Of a DNA stretch of 64,000 bases, positions 58,107-64,000 are shown piece by piece. Source of the DNA: a virus; IMG/VR virus record IMGVR_UViG_3300028416_000014, positions 3,429 to 67,428 of that record. One strand, 5' to 3'. A program made the translations under genes and the position numbers. The stretch's first letter is position 1; each line of letters begins with the position of its first letter. Below the pieces are notes generated by a model that searched no databases, was not told the origin of the DNA, and saw only the letters and a list, made by a program, of their open reading frames with translations.

Positions 58107-58180
58107 AGCCATCTATCAGAATCGAACTGATAACCTGTTGATTACAAATCAACTGCTCTAGCCAATTGAGCTAAGATGGC
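58107..58180 (-). tRNA. tRNA-Thr(TGT)
   Basis: Loop TT-TGT-AA. Confidence 0.92.
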
Positions 58181-58185
58181 ATTTG

Positions 58186-58259
58186 TACATCCGATAGGAT
58201 TCGAACCTATGACCTACGCATTAGAAGTGCGTTGCTCTATCCAGCTGAGCTACGGATGC
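58186..58259 (-). tRNA. tRNA-Arg(TCT)
   Basis: Loop CT-TCT-AA, A20. Confidence 0.93.
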
Positions 58260-58300
58260 TTTAATAAAAAACCCACAATATCAAACAACATTTATCTTAG

Positions 58301-58375
58301 TCGGAATTACAGGATTCGAACCTGTGGCTTCTACATCCCAAATGTAGCACTCTAACCTAACTGAGCTAAATTCCG
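58301..58375 (-). tRNA. tRNA-Pro(TGG)
   Basis: C1-G72; loop TT-TGG-GA. Confidence 0.92.
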
Positions 58376-58379
58376 ATAG

Positions 58380-58707
58380 TGGAGCTGGTGGGATTCGAAC
58401 CCACGTCCAATCATACTTTCACTATAAGGTTTACAGTAATTAGGATAAGTTTTTCTAAACTTCCAAAACTGATATCATTAAAAATGATTGGGAATCATTT
58501 ACGGTTAATCTATCAATACCTTATTTTACCATCTACTTCCTTTTACATCTTATTCAACTACAAGCATACTTACTGAAATGATGTGCTTTCTTACCTAAGA
58601 ATTAGGCTGCGATAGCAAGAGAAGTGTCGCCACTTAAAGGTTTGATGTAGGTCATCACCCATACTGAACTTATAACTTCCATACGCTGTCAATTCCATGT
58701 CAGCCCC
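58380..58707 (-). ncRNA. ssrA: tmRNA, tag peptide GDTSLAIAA*
   Basis: 5' GGGGCTGACATGGAATTGAC, 3' GACGTGGGTTCGAATCCCACCAGCTCCA, internal ORF GGC GAC ACT TCT CTT GCT ATC GCA GCC TAA. Confidence 0.95.
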
Positions 58708-58732
58708 AATTTTCAAATAACTTTTTTTGTTG

Positions 58733-58806
58733 TAACCCATAAGAGATTCGAACTCCTAACCTTCTGGTTCGTAGCCAGATACTCTATCCAATTGAGCTAA
58801 TGGGTT
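58733..58806 (-). tRNA. tRNA-Arg(ACG)
   Basis: Loop CT-ACG-AA. Confidence 0.92.
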
Positions 58807-58814
58807 TTTAATTG

Positions 58815-58886
58815 TTGGTTCATTAGGATTCGAACCTAAACTAACTGCGTCAAAGGCAGTTGTGCTAACCGTTACACTATGAACCA
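58815..58886 (-). tRNA. tRNA-Gln(TTG)
   Basis: T1-A72; loop CT-TTG-AC. Confidence 0.9.
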
Positions 58887-58892
58887 ATACCT

Positions 58893-59150
58893 TTAGTTAA
58901 TGTATTTAGTAGGATTTGAATTTCGTACACGTTGTTTTGTGTAAATGTGAACTGTATCACTACCATAAATTGCGTAAAATTCATCAATCAATTCACCATC
59001 GTCGTGAAACCTATCATCACCATAACGAAGTGTATACGTTTTATCCGGCATCCGTACACATTTGCCGGATTTTAATGATGGTGAAACAATCCAAGGTGAA
59101 CAACTTGAAAAAACAAACGCAAAAACCGAAAAAATTAAAAACTTATTCAT
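58893..59150 (-). CDS. Putative lipoprotein
   Basis: MNKFLIFSVFAFVFSSC lipobox-like start. Confidence 0.7.
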   Translation of the reverse strand: MNKFLIFSVFAFVFSSCSPWIVSPSLKSGKCVRMPDKTYTLRYGDDRFHDDGELIDEFYAIYGSDTVHIYTKQRVRNSNPTKYIN

Positions 59151-59189
59151 ATGTATCAAAATATTTTTAAAAAGTCAAAAAATCAAAAC

Positions 59190-59232
59190 AACTTACACTA
59201 TATTATACGAAAAAATTCCTAATTATGTTACA
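59190..59232 (-). promoter_or_regulatory. Repeated promoter TGTAAC-N17-CGTATAAT upstream of the RNA array
   Basis: Same boxes and spacing. Confidence 0.8.
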
Positions 59233-59541
59233 TTTTTTTTATTTTTTTTTAAGTTTTTCTTAAATTATTTATCAAAAAAAGTGCGGATACTATGTTAATA
59301 GCATAAAATGTGTACTTTAGTGTAGGTACAACCGATGCATAAAACAATAACATCGATAAAACGAATAAAATCCAAAACCTACTTTTATAAATTTTTGTTT
59401 TCATGTTTATTTTTTTTTGTTATATGGTAAAATTGCTGTTCATCACCCGGGTCGGATACTATAACACCATTAATACTTTTTTTCTTAGATATTAATGTAT
59501 TCAAAGCAGTTCTTAGCTTTTCTATCCGTTGTTTTTCTTTA

Positions 59542-59754
59542 TCATCCATCTTCATTTCGCTTTGATATTTCTGTTTTTAGGAATTCAACCAAGTTTTGAG
59601 CTTCTATAGCTTGCCCTATTTTAATACCAAGCTTCAGAAGTGTATATGCATCGGTATCAAATTGATTAAATACACCATAAACTTCACCATTAAAGGTGAT
59701 TTTAAATTCATTTTCGTTTTCAGTTGGTGTAAATATTAAATTAGAATCATTCAT
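59542..59754 (-). CDS. Hypothetical protein
   Basis: 70-aa ORF. Confidence 0.6.
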   Translation of the reverse strand: MNDSNLIFTPTENENEFKITFNGEVYGVFNQFDTDAYTLLKLGIKIGQAIEAQNLVEFLKTEISKRNEDG

Positions 59755-59881
59755 AACTTTTTCTTTATTTTTAAAAATTGATTATATGATTTGTTCATAA
59801 ATAACAAACCATGATATATTAAAATTACATATAAAATGGTATTAAATATGATACTTTCCAATGAATTCATAAGTAATTGGG

Positions 59882-60412
59882 TTAGCTTGTTACATAATAT
59901 TGGTGTTTTTTGGTAGCCAATACAAATTTATATTTTGGGTTTCCACTATGATATGTACATTTATGATTTGAAAAATACTTAGTATCACCCATATCATAAT
60001 ATACCACACCATTTAATACGTTTTTAATTTCCGATTCAATTAATGGTTTATATTTTTCACTTTTAGTAGTAAACCAATATCTACCACCACCACGTTTTAC
60101 AGTACCACTACCATACGATGTATTACTATATAACATATTAGATATGTAAGTAAACCCACTCATTTTAAATCGATTTAACATCACCTGAATCATACAGTTG
60201 ATATCAACACTATCATTCTTACTTTGAGTTAAAATATAAGCCGCAAGTGTATCTAAATTAGGTAATCTAGAATCACATACAGTTACCGTATCAATATCAA
60301 TGGTAAGTGTAGTATCTATAATATCACAAAACTTGCGATTAATACTATTATCATTTTTCAAAGAAGTGTTAAAACAACTAACACAAATGTAAAACAGAAC
60401 AAAATATTTCAT
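59882..60412 (-). CDS. SleB/cell-wall hydrolase-like protein (degenerate)
   Basis: LAAYILTQS...QVMLNR...KYFSN...HQYY; hydrophobic N-terminus. Confidence 0.5.
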   Translation of the reverse strand: MKYFVLFYICVSCFNTSLKNDNSINRKFCDIIDTTLTIDIDTVTVCDSRLPNLDTLAAYILTQSKNDSVDINCMIQVMLNRFKMSGFTYISNMLYSNTSYGSGTVKRGGGRYWFTTKSEKYKPLIESEIKNVLNGVVYYDMGDTKYFSNHKCTYHSGNPKYKFVLATKKHQYYVTS

Positions 60413-60554
60413 AAATTATTACTTTAGATTTTTAACATCCCTATTCCAAGAATCAATATCATCAGCGATATCAGTATACAAACTACAAGCAATCAAAGAA
60501 AGAACGCAAATCCAAATAATCATAATAACATTTTTTAAATATGAAAAATAACAA

Positions 60555-60612
60555 CCACCACAACCAAACAACCTACACTATATTATACGATGTCTATAGT
60601 CAAAAGGTTACA
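60555..60612 (-). promoter_or_regulatory. Repeated promoter TGTAAC-N17-CGTATAAT
   Basis: Matches the repeated element. Confidence 0.8.
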
Positions 60613-60745
60613 ATAAATATCATTTTTTTTAAAAAAATATTACCCCCATCTCCAGAATCAATAAACCTTTTAAGATTATTCATTTCATCATCACTTAAAT
60701 CTTCATTTAAAAACCATTCCCTTAATAATTGTTTTATATGTTGTT

Positions 60746-60973
60746 TCATAGTTTAAATTTAGATAAAATGGTATCCACATTATCAATATTTGATTTATCC
60801 ACTTGCCAACTTCCATAAAACCCACCCATCCATAAATTTTGAAATCCAATTATGAATGCATGTCTTGGAATCATCGGTTTATCAAACTCAGTTATGATAG
60901 GATGTTCTTCAGCAAATGAGTTGGATTCTGAAATAAAGAAATGATTTACAGATTCTCTAATATAATATTTCAT
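60746..60973 (-). CDS. Hypothetical protein
   Basis: Start set at MKYYIR. Confidence 0.55.
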   Translation of the reverse strand: MKYYIRESVNHFFISESNSFAEEHPIITEFDKPMIPRHAFIIGFQNLWMGGFYGSWQVDKSNIDNVDTILSKFKL

Positions 60974-60983
60974 AAGTACCAAA

Positions 60984-61274
60984 TTAAATATGTGAATATA
61001 ACCCATAACCACCGGCCGGGTCTATATCTGAATCCATATCATCACATTCATCATCAATAGTTTCCCATTGGTTACGTTCATTGACATCTTCAAGACACAT
61101 AATTGCTTCTTTTAAGCAATCTATCATTTCAGATTTCATATCATTAATATCCGATGCTCTAACACAATGTTTAATTTCATACACATACTCCTTAATCCAA
61201 TCTAAGGTTTTAACCGCTTCACTAAAGTTAGGTTCACAATCCCAACCATCTTCATATGTTTTTTTGATAGCCAT
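60984..61274 (-). CDS. Hypothetical protein
   Basis: 96 aa ending DIDPAGGYGLYSHI. Confidence 0.7.
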   Translation of the reverse strand: MAIKKTYEDGWDCEPNFSEAVKTLDWIKEYVYEIKHCVRASDINDMKSEMIDCLKEAIMCLEDVNERNQWETIDDECDDMDSDIDPAGGYGLYSHI

Positions 61275-61310
61275 AATATAATTAAATTTTAAAAATGAAA
61301 AAAATCAAAC

Positions 61311-61368
61311 ACCCCATAACGAAACAACCTACACTATATTATACGATGTCTAGCTCTAAAATGTTTCA
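61311..61368 (-). promoter_or_regulatory. Repeated promoter TGAAAC-N17-CGTATAAT
   Basis: Near-identical to 43721-43780; overlaps the end of the upstream ORF. Confidence 0.8.
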
Positions 61369-61562
61369 AAAACAGAATAAGGATTTAAATATTTATATTC
61401 AGAAACCAATGATGCAGTTACACCTTTAGCATTATAGTTACGGTTTTTAATCATCCGTTTGGCTTCTGTTTTATTTTTAGCAGTAACAATGTAATCATGT
61501 CTAAATCTATTAGATGTGTAACCACCGGTGTAGTATGATACTACATAATCTTTATTATCCAT
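61356..61562 (-). CDS. Hypothetical protein
   Basis: 68 aa with VTAKNKTEAK. Confidence 0.65.
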   Translation of the reverse strand: MDNKDYVVSYYTGGYTSNRFRHDYIVTAKNKTEAKRMIKNRNYNAKGVTASLVSEYKYLNPYSVFETF

Positions 61563-61667
61563 CTTTATTTAGTTTTATTACTTTTAACAATATTGGTTAT
61601 AGTTTGTTTAATTACACAATACCAACTTAAAAAAACAAAAATCAACTTTATTATAAAAAAATCCATT

Positions 61668-61850
61668 TTATTTTTCGTTTATATAATCTTCTAAAAAAAT
61701 GTATCCACAACCATATAAACAGTAAACTTGAGTTTTGTCCTCACCCTCATTTTCTATTAATGGCTCCGGTGTCCAACTTTCTTTACAACTTGGGCATTTA
61801 AAAAACCCATTTTCAATACAACTATTTAAAACAAGCATTTGATTATCCAT
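61668..61850 (-). CDS. Small zinc-ribbon protein
   Basis: CPSC...CLYGCG; start set at MDNQML. Confidence 0.65.
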   Translation of the reverse strand: MDNQMLVLNSCIENGFFKCPSCKESWTPEPLIENEGEDKTQVYCLYGCGYIFLEDYINEK

Positions 61851-61860
61851 CTTTATATTT

Positions 61861-62199
61861 TTAGTATCCAACAAAATTAATTTTAACACAATCAGAAACA
61901 AGACCACTTTTAACTGCGTAATCCCATTCTTGATTCAACCAATAGTTAGGAACTCTTTCCAACTCCGTTAAACACCGGTCCCATATCTCACCAATAGTAA
62001 ATCCTTCACCAAACTCACCACTACCCAATACACAACTTAACTCATTAAGTGTATCTCTATCATCAGCTTTTCCAGCCTCATTGATTTTGATTTGAAGTTC
62101 AGCTTTCATTAAATCAGCAACCGTTTCGTTCCATTCGTACATTTCGTTTGACCAAGGTTTTGTTACTGTTGGTGGTGTAATAGATTTCATACTTGTCAT
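61861..62199 (-). CDS. Hypothetical protein
   Basis: 112-aa ORF. Confidence 0.7.
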   Translation of the reverse strand: MTSMKSITPPTVTKPWSNEMYEWNETVADLMKAELQIKINEAGKADDRDTLNELSCVLGSGEFGEGFTIGEIWDRCLTELERVPNYWLNQEWDYAVKSGLVSDCVKINFVGY

Positions 62200-62254
62200 A
62201 TTTTATTTATTTAAATGTGATTTAATCCCCTCATTCCCTATCAACCTTACTATA

Positions 62255-62311
62255 TAAAGATACGATAAGTATAGCAAAAAGTCAAGTCCTAAAGTGTTAA
62301 GGAAATGTTAA
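62255..62311 (-). promoter_or_regulatory. Bacteroidota sigmaA-type promoter with upstream TTAACA direct repeats
   Basis: CTTG-N20-TATCTTTA; TTAACA x2 at 11-bp period (62295-62311). Confidence 0.65.
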
Positions 62312-62314
62312 AGT

Positions 62315-62563
62315 TTAAGATAACAACTTAGATAATAATAACTGATTACTCTGCATCGATTCAACCGCATCAACAGCTTCTTGCCATTTGTTAACTTCAT
62401 TAGAGGCTTCCAATATGTCCCCCAAACCAACATCAGAATGATGGTTCATATGTTTTTCGGATGTTTCATTCCAGTGTTCTTTAGCCAAAGCCAACTTATG
62501 TTTTAATTCACCCAATAACAAATCGGATTTTGTCCACCTTAATAACTTTTTATGTGATTTCAT
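62315..62563 (-). CDS. Hypothetical protein
   Basis: 82-aa ORF. Confidence 0.65.
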   Translation of the reverse strand: MKSHKKLLRWTKSDLLLGELKHKLALAKEHWNETSEKHMNHHSDVGLGDILEASNEVNKWQEAVDAVESMQSNQLLLSKLLS

Positions 62564-62596
62564 ATTGTATTTTTAAGTATTTTAGATATAAACAAA

Positions 62597-62845
62597 TTAT
62601 TTTTTAACTCTACATTTTTCAAAGAAAAAGATGTAATCTTCAAGTGATATTCTCATAGTGTTACCTCCATTAATATCCTCAGCGTAGTACCTTGAAGAAG
62701 TGATTTCTCCTTCATCAAATGGGTTTAATGTATCAACGCTCCAAACGTATAATTCAGTTGTGGTTTCAAACGGCTCTGTCATATTGATTGCGTTAATATC
62801 ATTCTTAGCCATTTCGTATCTTTTCATTGCATTTAACTTTTTCAT
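62597..62845 (-). CDS. Hypothetical protein
   Basis: Start set at MKKLNA. Confidence 0.65.
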   Translation of the reverse strand: MKKLNAMKRYEMAKNDINAINMTEPFETTTELYVWSVDTLNPFDEGEITSSRYYAEDINGGNTMRISLEDYIFFFEKCRVKK

Positions 62846-62900
62846 ATTATCTTTATTTAAATGTGATTCAATAACCAATCCCCCCATCAACCGTACAATA

Positions 62901-62967
62901 CTAAGATAGAGCATTTAAAGCAAAAAAACAAGCTTTAAATGTTAAAATTTTGTTAAGAAAATGTTAA
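62901..62967 (-). promoter_or_regulatory. Bacteroidota sigmaA-type promoter with upstream TTAACA direct repeats
   Basis: CTTG-N20-TATCTTAG; TTAACA x3 at 11-bp period (62940-62967). Confidence 0.65.
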
Positions 62968-62988
62968 AGTCCTTTTAAATTATTTAAT

Positions 62989-63240
62989 TTAATTCCAATT
63001 TAAATTCGAAACATATACATCAAAAGCACTATCATTAGTAGCAACACCACCACCATAATAGCTATTAGTAGCTTCAGAAACTATTTCCAAATCACCCTCA
63101 GATAAGTGTGACCACCATTCATCAGAACAATCAGCGATATCGACACCTTCATTTGTATACCAACCACCATCAGCTAAAATAGGATAAATGGTAATAGTTT
63201 CATCATTAAAATAACAACCAACAGATTCTAAAACAATCAT
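62989..63240 (-). CDS. Hypothetical acidic protein
   Basis: 83-aa ORF. Confidence 0.65.
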   Translation of the reverse strand: MIVLESVGCYFNDETITIYPILADGGWYTNEGVDIADCSDEWWSHLSEGDLEIVSEATNSYYGGGVATNDSAFDVYVSNLNWN

Positions 63241-63291
63241 ATAAAATATTTTTTAAAGTTATCAAATAATTACAATCTTAATTAACGTATC

Positions 63292-63328
63292 ATACTATAT
63301 TATACGTATAAATCGGTGTGATGTTACA
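63292..63328 (-). promoter_or_regulatory. Repeated promoter variant TGTAAC-N16-CGTATAAT
   Basis: Same boxes with a 16-bp spacer. Confidence 0.7.
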
Positions 63329-63366
63329 AAAAAACTGGCGTTTTTCCGTTCATATTATTATTTAAA

Positions 63367-63425
63367 TCATAACAGTTGCTAAAAACAACTCCTTTTAGTC
63401 GCAGATGTTTAGCTTATTGTTATCG
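63367..63425 (-). mobile_element. attC-like recombination site (59 bp)
   Basis: CGATAAC-AATAA-GCTAAAC...TTTTAGC-AACT-GTTATGA, starting 4 bp after a stop codon. Confidence 0.7.
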
Positions 63426-63429
63426 GCAA

Positions 63430-63627
63430 TTACTTAAACTCCCTACCCCAATCATCTGTTTTTTCATCTCCATCATAGATTATTGCTGAATAAGTAAATC
63501 TTGGGAATGCTTTTACAGCTTTACCGCAACATTTAGTTATTGTTAAAACGGGATTTTGGTAGCTTTCCATATTTCTTTCACTATTTTCTGGTATTTCGAG
63601 TTCTTTACCGCAATGTGGACAAATCAT
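63430..63627 (-). CDS. Cassette-like small zinc-binding protein
   Basis: MICPHCG...KCCG, 65 aa; flanked by attC-like sites; no promoter motif of any class seen. Confidence 0.75.
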   Translation of the reverse strand: MICPHCGKELEIPENSERNMESYQNPVLTITKCCGKAVKAFPRFTYSAIIYDGDEKTDDWGREFK

Positions 63628-63646
63628 ATTTTTAAATTTTAAAAGC

Positions 63647-63709
63647 CGATAACAATAAATAAAATCCATACGCCTATCGGCTTGACGTATTTTATTAGAA
63701 CCGTTAGCT
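63647..63709 (-). mobile_element. attC-like recombination site (63 bp)
   Basis: AGCTAAC-GGTTC-TAATAAAAT...GCC-GATA-GGC...ATTTTATT-TATT-GTTATCG, starting 4 bp after a stop codon. Confidence 0.7.
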
Positions 63710-63713
63710 GCAA

Positions 63714-63965
63714 TTAAAATTTAAATAGTTGCAACTTTTCAATCTCTTGGTTATACATCCGCTTTATAAAAGGTTTAAATGGTTCGTAATCATTCTTATC
63801 TTCAATCCATTCCCTTTCATCCATTTCACTATTCCATATCATAATCTCGCCAAATTTTACAATATCTTCATATCCATTTGTAGAGTAGCTAAAGTCTCTA
63901 CCTATTTCACCAACCTTTTCATAAAGCTCTTGGTTTAGCTCATTAATAATTTCTAAGTAATTCAT
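63714..63965 (-). CDS. Cassette-like hypothetical protein
   Basis: 83 aa; stop is followed by TTGCAGCTAAC. Confidence 0.7.
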   Translation of the reverse strand: MNYLEIINELNQELYEKVGEIGRDFSYSTNGYEDIVKFGEIMIWNSEMDEREWIEDKNDYEPFKPFIKRMYNQEIEKLQLFKF

Positions 63966-64000
63966 ATCTTAAATTTTTTTGTTTAATCTTGACATTAATA

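Noticed and set aside
55854-58576. ORFs overlapping the tRNA array (55854, 55926, 57416, 57871, 58379)
   Set aside because: They are translations of tRNA and tmRNA sequence.
43721-61368. Repeated ACACTATATTATACG elements as a CRISPR array
   Set aside because: Copies are dispersed hundreds to thousands of bases apart, sit upstream of genes and keep promoter-like spacing; no cas genes are seen.
61585-61600. TAACAATATTGGTTA as a third attC-like site
   Set aside because: Too short, with no L boxes.
803-63938. Numerous + strand ORFs of 60-200 aa in the ORF track
   Set aside because: Nearly all lie antisense to long minus-strand genes, tRNAs or promoter repeats and have Ser/Leu/Phe-rich shadow composition with no recognisable motifs.
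1-64000. Stop-codon reassignment as seen in some Bacteroidota phages
   Set aside because: Conserved genes are full length in code 11, TAG and TGA both terminate genes, and no CTA or TCA suppressor tRNA is present.

Overview
A 64 kb segment of a large, AT-rich, T4-like (Far-T4-type) myovirus. Almost every gene is on the minus strand in the standard genetic code. The host is probably Bacteroidota, based on the tmRNA tag GDTSLAIAA, a DUF4494-like gene, TTG-N19/20-TAnnTT promoters and a boxA GTTCTTTGACA. From low to high coordinates the window holds: head morphogenesis genes (prohead protease, portal, large terminase, proteins segmented by repeated ESVNE motifs); an Mre11-Rad50 fusion, primase and endonuclease I; baseplate and tail genes; a gp55-like sigma factor; proteostasis and repair genes (GroES, ClpP, Hsp20, UvsE, MoxR/VWA); an aaRS paralogue and a GH73 muramidase; a 3.7 kb RNA array (25 near-canonical tRNAs, tmRNA, several atypical tRNA-framed or structured RNAs); and small early genes. 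The most notable signals are: (1) two attC-like sites framing a cassette-like gene at the right end; (2) putative protease-processed capsid cargo polyproteins, one fusing an HxGH nucleotidyltransferase to a ligase-like domain; (3) two expanded tRNA-framed ncRNAs, two elbow-less tRNA-Lys(CTT)-like RNAs and a tRNA-Gly(ACC); (4) three promoter classes, including ten ECF-sigma-like TG(T/A)AAC-N17-CGTA elements. All calls were made by eye from motifs; no database searches or folding programs were run.
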